Part shown: positions 28,858-39,000 of the stretch, piece by piece
Layout: each line of letters begins with the position of its first letter
Position numbering within the stretch: position 1 is the stretch's first letter
Source of the DNA: an uncultured Actinomycetes bacterium
GTDB taxonomy: Bacteria; Actinomycetota; Actinomycetes; Streptosporangiales; Streptosporangiaceae
DNA length: 64,000 nt
Reading direction: 5' to 3'
Assembly: GCA_963755815.1 (NCBI GenBank)
Contig: CAVWLF010000001.1
Coordinates: 1 to 64,000, forward strand
The notes under the pieces: generated by a model
The model's database searches: none
What the model was told of the DNA's origin: nothing
Seen by the model: only the letters and a program-made list of their open reading frames with translations
Position numbers and translations under genes: made by a program

Positions 28858-30143
28858 TGTCCACGGTGACAGCCGAAGGGCTGACCAAGGTCTACGCGGG
28901 TGGCGTCGAGGCAGTCAACGACCTTGACCTGCAGGTCGACGACGGAGAGTTCGTCGTGCTCGTCGGGCCGTCCGGGTGCGGCAAGACCACGGCGCTGCGC
29001 ATGGTAGCGGGGCTGGAGGAGATCACATCGGGCACGCTGCGGCTCGGTGACCGGGTGGTTAACGATCTCTCGCCGCGCGAGCGTGACGTCGCCATGGTCT
29101 TCCAGAACTACGCGCTTTACCCGCATCTGAGCGTGCACGAGAACATCGGCTTCGCGTTGCATAGCAGGAAGGTTGCTAAGGTCGAGCGGGACTCGAAGGT
29201 GCGCGCCGCGGCGGCCGTGCTCGGCCTGACCGGGGAACTCGATCGCAAGCCGCGGCAGCTCTCGGGCGGTCAGCGGCAGCGCGTCGCGATGGGCCGGGCG
29301 CTCGTGCGCGAGCCCTCGGTCTTCCTGATGGACGAGCCGCTGTCCAACCTCGACGCCAAGCTGCGGATCCAGATGCGCTCGGAGGTGCTGCGGGTGCACC
29401 GGCGGATCGGGGTCGCGACGCTGTATGTCACGCACGATCAGACCGAGGCCATGACGATGGGCGACCGCGTCGCCGTGCTCCGCTCCGGAACGCTCCAGCA
29501 ATGCTCGGCGCCCAGGGAGCTTTACGACTCGCCGGCGAACATCTTCGTGGCTACGTTCATCGGCTCGCCATCGATGAACCTCTACCGGGCCGGCCTCGAA
29601 TCCGCCGGCGAATCCGGCACCATCGTGCTCGGTTCGCAGCGGCTGACGCTCCCGGCCGCGGTCATGCGGCAGAACCCTGGCCTCGCCCGTTACCAGGGCC
29701 GCGCAGTCATCGCCGGGATCCGGCCTGAGCACCTGGTCGACCAGGCGATACTCGGCACCGCGCCAGAGCCGGGCGCGAGTCTCACCGCGACGGTCGACCT
29801 CGTCGAGGTCCTCGGCAGCGAGCAGCTTGTCCACTTCACCATCGACGCGCCCGGGGTTCGCGGGGAAATGGAAGAGCAGGACCAGTCCTTGGCCGGAGCC
29901 GCGCCCGGGCCCGGGACCGGGACCGGAGCCGGGCCCGGGACCGGAGCCGGAGCCGGGACTGGGGAGGGCGAGATCGTCGCCGCGGCGGTAGCGGAGGGTG
30001 TGGCCAGGATCGACCCGCGCTCGGGGATCCGCGCCGGGGAAAGGGCGGTCTTCGGAGTGGACGTCCGGCGGATCCATTTCTTCGACCCGGACAGTGGAGT
30101 CGCGATCGCGCCGGCCAGCCCGACGACCAGCACTGCCCGCTGA
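28858..30143 (+). CDS. sugar ABC transporter ATP-binding protein (MsiK/UgpC/MalK-like)
   Basis: Walker A GPSGCGKTT, Q-loop, signature LSGGQRQRVAMGRAL, Walker B VFLMDEPLSNLD, H-loop. C-terminal TOBE domain with a Gly/Pro-rich low-complexity insert. GGAGGG RBS upstream. Confidence 0.9.
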
Positions 30144-30161
30144 CTGCTGGCACCGTCGCCC

Positions 30162-30296
30162 CGACTGCCAGCACCGCCCCGGACGGCTAGCACCGCTCGG
30201 ACTGCCACCTCGGCCCCGGATTGCCCCCCGCCCGGATTGCCAGCACTGGGCCGGATTGCCAGCACTGGCCCGGCCCGCCCCGGATTGCCAGCACCT
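30162..30296. repeat. array of about 7 degenerate 16-18-bp direct repeats (CCGGAyTGCCAGCACyG) in an intergenic region
   Basis: Copies at roughly 30162, 30181, 30197, 30216, 30232, 30250 and 30278. The three 3'-most copies are perfect (ccggattgccagcac). Confidence 0.6.
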
Positions 30297-30498
30297 CCCG
30301 GCCGCGGGCCGGGCACGACCGGGGTTTGCGAGGAGCAGCGCGGACCGTGTGCAGCCGATTCGCGAGGAGCGGGAAGGCCACGAGACCGGACGGCGTTGAC
30401 GCTGGCGCGGACGGGTGCCCACCCGGTGGTGGGCCGGACCGCCCCGGGCGGCCGCTGGCTCCGGATGACCTCGCCGATCGCGGAAAGGCTGAATGTTC

Positions 30499-31293
30499 AT
30501 GGCTGATGTCCTGCCGGACCCCTCGAAGATGACGCTGGACGACCCATTCGCCGTGCTGTCCGGACCGCTGGCGGGGACGTCCCGGCTATCGCTGCAGGTC
30601 GTCGAGGCGGGGCTGCTCACGCCGCATATGCGCCGGCTGCGACTGACCGCGCCGGAGCTTGCCGGTTTCAGCTATGCCGCCGGCCAGGACGTGATGCTGC
30701 TCGTCGACGTCGAGGGCAATCGCCCGGTCCGCCGCCGGTACACCATCCGCGCGCTGGAGGCGGCCAGCGCGATGCTGACCCTCGACATCGTCCTGCACGG
30801 AGACGGCCCAGGTGAGCGCTGGGTACGGGACACGAGCCCGGGAGACCGGATCGAGGGGATCGGGCCCCGGGGGAAGATCACGACGGCGGGAGGCGCCGAC
30901 TGGCACCTTTTCGTCGGCGATGAGTCGGCACTGCCCGCGATCTTCCGGATGGCCGAGTCGCTGCCCGGCGGCACCCCGGTGCGGGTGCTGCTCGAGATTC
31001 CCGGACCAGAGGACGAGCAGGACCTGCAGGCGGCAGCGAGCACGCAGGTCACCTGGCTGCACCGCGGTGACGGGCGCGCGGGCGAGCCGGGTGCGCTGGC
31101 CGCGGCCGTCGGCGAGGTGCCGCTCCCGGCCGGGCGCGGACATGCCTACCTGCTGGGCGAGGCAAGAGTCGTGTCGCGGCTCCGCGAGGTGCTGGCAGCG
31201 CGCGGGCTCGAACCGGATCAGATGTCCCCCAAGGCCTACTGGGGCCGCGGGCGGGCGAACGCCAGCCACGGCGAGCCGGCCAGGGACGCCTGA
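30499..31293 (+). CDS. siderophore-interacting protein (FAD-binding 9 / SIP family reductase)
   Basis: FAD-binding motifs RRRYTIR and HGDGPG-ERW. NAD-binding C-terminal domain with HAYLLGEARVV. GGAAAGG RBS 9 nt upstream of ATG 30499. Confidence 0.8.
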   Translation: MADVLPDPSKMTLDDPFAVLSGPLAGTSRLSLQVVEAGLLTPHMRRLRLTAPELAGFSYAAGQDVMLLVDVEGNRPVRRRYTIRALEAASAMLTLDIVLHGDGPGERWVRDTSPGDRIEGIGPRGKITTAGGADWHLFVGDESALPAIFRMAESLPGGTPVRVLLEIPGPEDEQDLQAAASTQVTWLHRGDGRAGEPGALAAAVGEVPLPAGRGHAYLLGEARVVSRLREVLAARGLEPDQMSPKAYWGRGRANASHGEPARDA

Positions 31294-31352
31294 CGCGAGA
31301 CGCGGAGACTTAAGGCCCAGGGGCCCCAGTCCGCAGCGGAGGCACCGCATTC

Positions 31353-32294
31353 TCAGCCGAGTGCGGCCGGCCATTCCGCGCCGGTGGCCGCGCGGATCTC
31401 GGCCGGGCGCGGCAGCGCTACCTGAGTGCCCCGGCGGGTAGTCGCGGTGGCCCCCGCCGCGCACGCGGCCCGCAGCGCTTCGGCCGGAGTTACCCCCGCC
31501 GCCAGCATCACGCCGAGCGCGGCCACGAAGGCGTCACCGGCTCCGACGCTGTCCACGCTGCGGACCCGGAATCCGGGTACCGACTCGGCCCCGGCGGCCC
31601 CGGCCAGCACCGCTCCGTGCGACCCCGCCGTGACCACCGCGTGGCGAGCGCCAATGAGAGCCAGCGCGGCGGCCGCGCTAGCCGCGTCCCGCAGGCCGGC
31701 CACGGTCCGCCCGAGGATCGCGGACGCCTCTGACTCATTGACCACCAGCCAGTCAACGCCCGCCGACAGCAGGGACTCGGGCTCCGCCGGCACCGGCGCG
31801 AGGTTGAGCAAGCAGGTCATGCCCCGGTCGCCGGCCTGGCTGAGCACCGCCGCGAGGACTTCGGCGGGGATCTCGGCGGAGAGCACCAGCAGGCCGGCCG
31901 GGCCGGAGAGCGCCGCGGCGGCCTCTTGCTCTCCGGCCTCGCCGTTTGCCCCCGGCGCGACCGTGATCATGTTCTCGCCGGCCGCATCGACGGTGATCAG
32001 CGCCAGGCCGGTAGCGCAATCGGGCACCGCCCGCACTGAGGCGAGACCGATATCCTCCGCCCGCAGCGCTGCGGTGATCCGGTCGCCGAACTCGTCCTCG
32101 CCCACGCAGCCGACCATCCGCACCGCCGCGCCAAGCCGCGCCGCGGCGACCGCCTGATTGGCGCCCTTTCCGCCCGGCGCGATCACCGCCCCGGCACCCA
32201 GGATCGTCTCGCCCGGCCCTGGCAGCCTGCGGACAGACACCGAGATGTCCATGTTCAGGCTGCCCAGAACAGTCAGCCGGGGCTGGCTTCGCAT
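31353..32294 (-). CDS. rbsK: ribokinase (PfkB family)
   Basis: N-terminal LTVLGSLNMDISV. Di-Gly GG motif APGGKGANQAVAAARLGA. C-terminal anion-hole motif DSVGAGDAFVAALG. Confidence 0.85.
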   Translation of the reverse strand: MRSQPRLTVLGSLNMDISVSVRRLPGPGETILGAGAVIAPGGKGANQAVAAARLGAAVRMVGCVGEDEFGDRITAALRAEDIGLASVRAVPDCATGLALITVDAAGENMITVAPGANGEAGEQEAAAALSGPAGLLVLSAEIPAEVLAAVLSQAGDRGMTCLLNLAPVPAEPESLLSAGVDWLVVNESEASAILGRTVAGLRDAASAAAALALIGARHAVVTAGSHGAVLAGAAGAESVPGFRVRSVDSVGAGDAFVAALGVMLAAGVTPAEALRAACAAGATATTRRGTQVALPRPAEIRAATGAEWPAALG

Positions 32295-32693
32295 GATCCT
32301 CCTCAGGGCCGGGCTGGGGCCGGGGCCAGGGCCGACCCCTGGGCCAGGACCGACCCCGGGGGCCAGGGCCGAGCCGGGACCAGAGCCGAACCGGGGCCAG
32401 AGCCGGGCCGGGCCGGCCTAGCCGGGCACTGCGCCCGCCTCCGCCGACCTGCCCGCCCCGGATCTCATCATTGTCTGGCCTGCCGCCGCTGGCCCGGTGC
32501 CCGGGTCACCGGCCGGGCACCAGGCCGGGGCACCAGGCCAGCTACCCGCCCGGGATGGAACGGGCAGGAGCCCGGTTCTGGATAAATAACAGCGAGTCAT
32601 GCCAGAACAACTGCCCGTTCTTTCTCGATATGAGCAAAGCTGCTCCATAATTGGACGATCCGCTAGCAATCGGGGTCGGAGGGAGCGCAACCC

Positions 32694-34751
32694 GTGACGT
32701 CTGGGATTAACACCGAGATCTCCGCGCTCCTGTCGCACACCTCAGCCCCGACCTTGCTGCTGGGGATCGACAAGGCCGGGCGGATCATCCAGCATGATCG
32801 CAATGCCGCGGATATCCTCGCGTACCCGCGGGACGCGCTGCTCGGCGTTGAACTCAGCAGCCTGATAACCGACTCCCCCGCGTCGGCCGCGGCGCTTGAG
32901 GGCCTGCTCAGCGCCGCCTTGGCTGACCGCGAAGGCACCGCGGTCCTGACCCTGCAAACCGGTAAGGGCGATCAGGTCGACTCGGTGGTCACCATGCAGC
33001 CGATGCGATCCTCCGATCCCCAGCTGGCCGCGCTGGCCGTCGTGCGCATCCCGCAATCGGAAGGACGGTTTCTCGACCCGGCGGTGATGCGCCGCGCCCT
33101 CCTCGATAGCGCCTTCAAGCGAATCGGCGAGGCGCTCGACATTGACCAGCTGGCCAGCGAGTTCGTCAATATCGTGGTCCCGCACTTCTCCAACTCCGCC
33201 GGCCTGCTGGTACTGGAGAGCCTGGTCGGCGGCGACGAGCTCCCGAGCAGCGCCCCGGACGGATCGCACCTGCTCCGGCGGCTGGCGATTGCCTACGACG
33301 ACGGCGAGCCAGGCTGGGACGCGGCGTTTCCTACCGGCGAGATCCTCCGCTATCCGCCGGACACCCCCTTCGCGCGGTGCATGGACTCGGGCGAGCCGGT
33401 CCGGGAGATCAGCTTCGCCGCGGAAAGCGCCCGCGCTCTCGCTGAGGCCTGGCTGCGCCCGCCGGTCGCCCAGCTGCTTTCCAGCACCTCGATGCTGCTG
33501 CTGCCGCTGGTGGCCAGGGACGTCACGCTGGGTTTTATCGTCTGCACCCGCACCGAGGGCTACCGCCGGTTCGACGCGTACGACACCGAGATCGGGATGG
33601 AGTTCGCTTCCCGCTCGGCGATCTTCATCGATAACGCCCGCCGGTACAACCGGGAACGCGCGACCGCGCTCACCCTGCAGCGCAGCCTGCTGCCGACCGG
33701 GCTGTCCGCGCCCTCGTCGGTGGAGGTCCGGCACCGCTACCTGCCGGGCAGCAAGATGATCGAGGTAGGCGGCGACTGGTACGAGTCAATCGCCCTGCCG
33801 GGCGGCCGGGTGGCGCTCATTGTCGGGGACGTGGCCGGGCACGGCGTGCGCGCCGCCGTCACCATGGGCCGGCTGCGGACCGCGATCCACACACTGGCCA
33901 TGCTGGAGCTGCCGCCCGCCCAGACCCTGCAGCAGCTCGACGAGCTGATGCAGGAACTCGGCGAACGCGAGCCGCACTTCGCCACCTGCGTCTACGCGGT
34001 ATTCGACGCGGTCTCCGGGACGCTGGAGGTCGCGTCCGCCGGTCACCTCCCGCCGCTGCTGGTCCGGCCGGATGACACGATCGAGTTCCTCGACGTCTCG
34101 CCCGCACCGCCGCTCGGCGTCGGCACGGGACCGATCCTGAGCCGGACGATCAAGATCGACGATGGCAGCCTGCTGGTGCTCTATACCGACGGGCTGGTGG
34201 AGAAGAGGACCCAGGACATCGACGAGGGCCTGCGGCTGCTCGGCGAGGTCTTCGGCCCCGGCGCGACCAAGCGCCCGCTGGAGGATCTCTGCCGGGCGTC
34301 GCTGGCCGATGTCTACGGCGATGAGCAGCGTGACGACATCGCGCTGCTCGTCGCGCGGCTGAGCCGGATCTCACCGGACCGCCATGTCAGCTGGAAGCTG
34401 GCGCCCGAGCTGACGTCAGCGCGGCGCGCGCGGGAGCTCATCCGGCGCCCGCTGACCCGCTGGAACGTCGCCGAGCTCATCCCCGTCACCGAGCTGCTCG
34501 TCTCCGAACTCGTCACCAACGCGGTCAGGTACGCGCAGGGCGCGATCGAGCTGCGGCTGGTGCTGGAGGGCGGGCTGGTGTGCGAGGTACTGGACAATTC
34601 GGCCGCGCTGCCCCGGCTCCGGTATCCCGGCAACGAGGATGAGCGCGGCCGGGGACTCCAGGTCGTCAGCCGGATGGCACAGCGCTGGGGCGCGCGGCGG
34701 ACAACCGCTGGCAAGATCGTCTGGACCGAGCAGGCCCTCCCCCGCCACTGA
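32694..34751 (+). CDS. multidomain signalling protein: PAS - GAF - PP2C (SpoIIE-type Ser phosphatase) - HATPase_c (anti-sigma-type kinase domain)
   Basis: GTG start with GGAGGGAG RBS. PP2C motifs GGDWYE, GDVAGHG, YTDGLVE. C-terminal HATPase_c resembling RsbW/SpoIIAB (ELVTNAVRYA..., GRGLQVV). Confidence 0.85.
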   Translation: MTSGINTEISALLSHTSAPTLLLGIDKAGRIIQHDRNAADILAYPRDALLGVELSSLITDSPASAAALEGLLSAALADREGTAVLTLQTGKGDQVDSVVTMQPMRSSDPQLAALAVVRIPQSEGRFLDPAVMRRALLDSAFKRIGEALDIDQLASEFVNIVVPHFSNSAGLLVLESLVGGDELPSSAPDGSHLLRRLAIAYDDGEPGWDAAFPTGEILRYPPDTPFARCMDSGEPVREISFAAESARALAEAWLRPPVAQLLSSTSMLLLPLVARDVTLGFIVCTRTEGYRRFDAYDTEIGMEFASRSAIFIDNARRYNRERATALTLQRSLLPTGLSAPSSVEVRHRYLPGSKMIEVGGDWYESIALPGGRVALIVGDVAGHGVRAAVTMGRLRTAIHTLAMLELPPAQTLQQLDELMQELGEREPHFATCVYAVFDAVSGTLEVASAGHLPPLLVRPDDTIEFLDVSPAPPLGVGTGPILSRTIKIDDGSLLVLYTDGLVEKRTQDIDEGLRLLGEVFGPGATKRPLEDLCRASLADVYGDEQRDDIALLVARLSRISPDRHVSWKLAPELTSARRARELIRRPLTRWNVAELIPVTELLVSELVTNAVRYAQGAIELRLVLEGGLVCEVLDNSAALPRLRYPGNEDERGRGLQVVSRMAQRWGARRTTAGKIVWTEQALPRH

Positions 34752-34789
34752 CATACGGCAGAACGGGGCACTACTGGCCAGTGAGCCGC

Positions 34790-36279
34790 CGCCAGTTGGG
34801 CACCGACGGGTGCTGGCGGCAGGCCGGCCCGGTGCCGAACGCACGCAGGATGTTGCCGGTGATCCGCCGCACGATCGCTGACGCACAGGTCCCGGCCGCA
34901 GTCTTCCCGCCTGGCCTGTTCCCGGTCCTGTCCCTGGTCGTGTTCCCGGTCCTGTTCCCGGTGTTGCTCCCCGGCCGGTCTCTGGCATCGCATCCGCTCC
35001 GGCCGGCGAGCGCGGGAATCCAGTTGGTGGTCCCGGTGTCCAGCACGCCCGCGCCGCCGGCCGCATCGGTGTAGTACGTCATATCCGAGTAGAACGGCCC
35101 GATGTCCGTCTGGCCCAGGCCCGCCGGGATCGGCGAGTGCGACAAGACCTGAAGGCCCGCCGGATGGATCATCGCCGGGTAAAAGCGATCGACGTCCGAG
35201 CCGATGACCCCCGGCACCGTCGACCCGTCATGCAGGCCGGTGCCGCGGTACACCCAGGATGATGCGTCGGACACCACCAGGCTGGCCCGCAGGCCGGGCT
35301 CCAGGAAGCCGGCGTACATCTCGCCGACGAAGTCACTTTCCGGCCAGTTGGTGGGCGGCGACCCCCAGGTGTTAGCGGTGACCTTCAGCCGGCTGCCCTT
35401 CCCGTCGAGCGGGTCCTCCGCGGCATCCCGGTAGTCGACCTCCTCGCGGCCGGGCCCGAGTGGCGAGGGCTGCAGCCGGACATGCCGCAGGATCGGCTGG
35501 CCCCGAAGAAGACGATGTTCATGCCTGCGTCGTGGGCGGCCACGACGGCGGTCCGCTCGGACAGTGACCAGCATTCGTCGTGGCCGAGGGTGAGCAGGAC
35601 GCGATGACGCAGCAGGTAGCGCGGATGCTGGGCGACCGCCTGATCCGTCACGTAGGTCACGTCCAGGCCATGCTGCTCGGCGAACCGGACCAGCGGATAT
35701 TCCAGGGTCAGGAAGTTCCCTGACCCTTCCTCGGCGGCATAGGGGCGGCGTCCAGTTGGCGCAGGACACCATATTTATCCCGGCCGTCACCGGGCAGCGC
35801 TGCTGCACCTTTCCGGCTATTTCCGCCGACTGCCATACCAGCCGGGCACCTTTGCCCTGGTAGTAACCCATCCGGAATGCCTCAGCGCGGAATTCGGCGG
35901 CGGCGGTGGTGACGTAGAGCCTGACCTGCTGGCCGCGGTGAGCATAGGTGCGGCTCGCGAATCCGGCGATACTGCCTTTCGGGTGCCGTATCTTCCATGC
36001 GGTCGTACCCGGCCGGTTATTCTCGGTGATAACCCACTGGGCTTTCCTGCCGTCCGGCCCCGGCCACGTCGCCGCCGCCGTCCTGGCGCCGGGCGGACCG
36101 CCGCGGCCGGCCCGCGATCCGGTGCCGCGCCCGGTGGCCGGGCCCGGGCCTCCGCCCGGAGGCGCAGCCTGCGGGCGGCCATTGGCCGGCGCCGCCACAT
36201 CGCGCAGGCTGTGCCGGATAAGGACCACGCCGGCCGTGACGACGACCGCTAACAGCAGGATCCCGGCCACGCCCGCCAT
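34790..36279 (-). pseudogene. N,N-dimethylformamidase-beta-subunit-like secreted protein gene disrupted by several frameshifts
   Basis: Recognisable segments in three frames (WVITENNRPGTTAWKI...; LGHDECWSLSERTAVV...; GTGLHDGSTVPGVIGSDVDRFY...GTTNWIPAL). N-terminal membrane anchor MAGVAGILLLAVVV. May instead reflect sequencing errors. Confidence 0.4.
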
Positions 36280-36684
36280 GCCCGCCCGGATACCGGGGCG
36301 CCCGGGTTTGCCGCGGTCCCGCCAGATCCCGGAGTTAATGACTGATCCTCCTGCCTGCCGCTGCCCGGGGGGAGCGAGGATGCCGCCCCGTGCATCAGCG
36401 CGACGGAAGAGGGCAGCTAGGGAATGAGCCCGGCCGTACGCGAGCAGCACGCACATGATCTTCGCTGCATTAATTCTAACGGCAGGCAAATCAAACAACA
36501 AAGAACTCCGGCGGCTTATTCAGCTCGGCTCGCAGCCGGGCGAAAGCCATTAGCCGGTATTTGCCTGAATATAACTAATGACGGCGCTGTGCGGGACTAC
36601 GGCTATTGCCCGATACATGTACCAGTTAGCCGCGGACCAGGTAAGCTCGCGGAAAATCCTCCTGGCCGGACTGGACGGCGGCAG

Positions 36685-37953
36685 ATGCATCGGTGGACGT
36701 GGCTGGCCGGGACGGAGCGGCCGCAGGCGCACCGCCGGACCTGGCTGGCCCGGACGGGACAGCCGCAGGCGCACCGCCGGGCCTGGCTGGCCGGGACGGT
36801 AACCGCCGCCGCCGTGCTGTGCGTTACGTCGGTTGCCGCCTGCGCGGCTCCGCCGCCACGGCTGCTGCTCGGCGGGATCACCGCGGAGCGCTCGGCGCCG
36901 GACGGTATCAGGGCGTTGCCGCCGGACCCGTCATCCCCGGCCAGCTCCGCATCCCGGGACGGTTCCGCATCCCAGGGCGGCTCCGCGTCCGCGGCTGGTT
37001 CCGCATCCGCGGCCGGCCCCGCATCACCGGCCCGCACCGCGTCGCCGGCCGGACTCGCGCTCCCGTCCCTGGCCGGACCGCCGCATAGCGCGGCGCAGCG
37101 CTGGCTGGCGGCCGGCTCGGTGCCGGGCCGCACCCCGGCGCAGCGGCAGCTGGCCGAGGGCGCGCTCATCGACCTGCGGCTGCTTACCCGCCCGGACGGC
37201 GCGGTCGCCGCCGCCTGGTTCGGTCCGTGGAAGTTCGCCTGGCCGCGTGACTCCAGCTGGGTGGCCGCCGCGTTCGCCGCCACCGGCCATTCCGGCGACG
37301 CACTGCGCATCCTGCGCTTCCTCGCCCGGGTGCAGGGCCCGGCCGGCACCTGGGCCGCCAAGTACACGCTGGCGGGCGGGCCGGCCCCGGCCGGGCCAGG
37401 GGCCGAGCTCGATGCCAACGGCTGGTTTCCCTGGGCGGTCTGGATCTGGTACGCCGAGCAAGGCGGCCGGGCCGGGGCGCGGCGGGAACTGGCCGCCCTG
37501 TGGCCCGCCGTCCGCCGCGCGGCGGACGCCACCGCGGCGTCGCTGTCGGCCGGCGGGCTGCCACCGCCATCGCCGGACTACTGGGAACAGCCGGTCAGCC
37601 AGCCGACGATCGGTACCGCCGGCCCGCTGCTGGCCGGGCTGCGCGCCGCCGCCCGGCTGGCGGCCGGCCTCGGCGACGTCAGTGACGAGCGCCGCTGGGC
37701 ATCCTCCGCGGCGCGGCTTGACCGGGGAATCCAGGCTGCGTTTGGCCCGGAATTCAATCGGTTCCCGAACTCGGCCGGGGGCACTGGCACCTGGCTGGCC
37801 CTCTTCGGTACCGGCCCCGGCCCGGCCCATGACGGCCTTTCGGCCGACTCGGTGCTGAACGGGCCCGATGCCGCGGTGACCTTTCTCGGCCCGCCATTCG
37901 GCCGGCCAGCGCGGCGGTCAGCGCGGCGGTCGCGCGCGCGGCCCGGGTCCTGA
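36685..37953 (+). CDS. glycoside hydrolase family 15 (glucoamylase/trehalase-like) lipoprotein; reading frame shifts near 37900 and continues to about 38240
   Basis: GH15 signature FGPWKFAWPRDSSWVAAAF. N-terminal basic region with 33-bp tandem repeats, then a VAAC lipobox. The conserved C-terminal segment (LPEQVNASGQPVSVAPLGWTCA) lies in another frame up to the stop at 38240. Confidence 0.7.
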   Translation: MHRWTWLAGTERPQAHRRTWLARTGQPQAHRRAWLAGTVTAAAVLCVTSVAACAAPPPRLLLGGITAERSAPDGIRALPPDPSSPASSASRDGSASQGGSASAAGSASAAGPASPARTASPAGLALPSLAGPPHSAAQRWLAAGSVPGRTPAQRQLAEGALIDLRLLTRPDGAVAAAWFGPWKFAWPRDSSWVAAAFAATGHSGDALRILRFLARVQGPAGTWAAKYTLAGGPAPAGPGAELDANGWFPWAVWIWYAEQGGRAGARRELAALWPAVRRAADATAASLSAGGLPPPSPDYWEQPVSQPTIGTAGPLLAGLRAAARLAAGLGDVSDERRWASSAARLDRGIQAAFGPEFNRFPNSAGGTGTWLALFGTGPGPAHDGLSADSVLNGPDAAVTFLGPPFGRPARRSARRSRARPGS

Positions 37954-38252
37954 CGCTGCCGGACGGCGGCATCCTGCCCGGCACTACCTGGCGGGGCGAC
38001 CGCACCGTCGCCTGGACGCCGGCGACCGGTTTCTTCGCGCTTTACGACGCGGCCACCGGCCACCGGGCCGCGGCGGCCGGCTGGCTGGACTGGCTGGCCG
38101 CGCATCGCACCGCGGACGGGGCGCTGCCCGAGCAGGTCAACGCCAGCGGGCAGCCGGTGTCGGTCGCCCCGCTCGGCTGGACGTGCGCCATTGTGCTGCT
38201 GGCGCTCACCGCGATGCGGCACCCGCTGCCGGTCCCGTGAGCCGGGCCGGCC

Positions 38253-38945
38253 TCAGCTGGCCTGCGGCCGGATGTCCTGCTTGATGGACAGCTTGCCGTC
38301 CCTCATCACCCCGACCCGCTGCGCCCGGCGCGCGATCGAGCTGTCATGAGTGATCAGGACCATGGTCAGCCCGAGTTCGCGCCAGAACTTCTCCAGCAGG
38401 GCGATGATCTCGTCTCTGGTGTCCTCGTCGAGGTTGCCGGTCGGCTCGTCGGCCAGCAGCACCTTGGGCTTCTTCACCAGCGCCCGGGCGATGGCAACGC
38501 GCTGCTGCTGGCCGCCGGACAGTTCCGAGGGCAGGTGCCGCAGCCGGTCGCCGAGCCCGAGATCGGTCAGCGCCTCGGCCGCCCGGGCCCGCCGCTGCGC
38601 GGCGGGCAGCCCGGCCGGCACCAGGGCCGCCTCCACGTTCTCCTGCGCGCTGAGCGTGGGTATCAGGTTGAACGTCTGGAAGACGAACCCGATCGACCTG
38701 GCTCGCACCGTCGTGACCTGGCTCTCACGGATGCTGGCTAGGTCCTGGCCGTCGAAGTCGACGAGGCCGGCCGTCGGCCGGTCCAGCCCGCCGAGTATCT
38801 GCAGCAGCGTGCTCTTACCGTGGCCGGTCGGGCCCTGGATGGAGAGCCACTCGCCGTCCTCGATGACCAGGTCGATCCCGCGCAGCGCGGCCACCGTGCC
38901 GCGGTCCTTCCGGTAGTCCTTGGTCACGCCAGTGAGCTTGTACAT
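38253..38945 (-). CDS. ABC transporter ATP-binding protein (MacB/LolD-like)
   Basis: Walker [10 protein letters not shown], signature [15 protein letters not shown], Walker [25 protein letters not shown]. The longer upstream ORF extension is low-complexity. Confidence 0.85.
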   Translation of the reverse strand: MYKLTGVTKDYRKDRGTVAALRGIDLVIEDGEWLSIQGPTGHGKSTLLQILGGLDRPTAGLVDFDGQDLASIRESQVTTVRARSIGFVFQTFNLIPTLSAQENVEAALVPAGLPAAQRRARAAEALTDLGLGDRLRHLPSELSGGQQQRVAIARALVKKPKVLLADEPTGNLDEDTRDEIIALLEKFWRELGLTMVLITHDSSIARRAQRVGVMRDGKLSIKQDIRPQAS

Positions 38946-39000
38946 CTGCTTCCCCTCGTCGAGGTCCGCGGAATCCGCCGCCGGGTCCGGCCGCTGCCCG

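Noticed and set aside
32314-32420. GGnCCn hexamer-like repeat (encodes GPGPGPTPGPGPTPG in one frame) upstream of ribokinase
   Set aside because: It was considered as a coding low-complexity protein or a CRISPR-like array. It has no spacer/repeat organisation and no ORF support, so it is treated as a simple-sequence tract.
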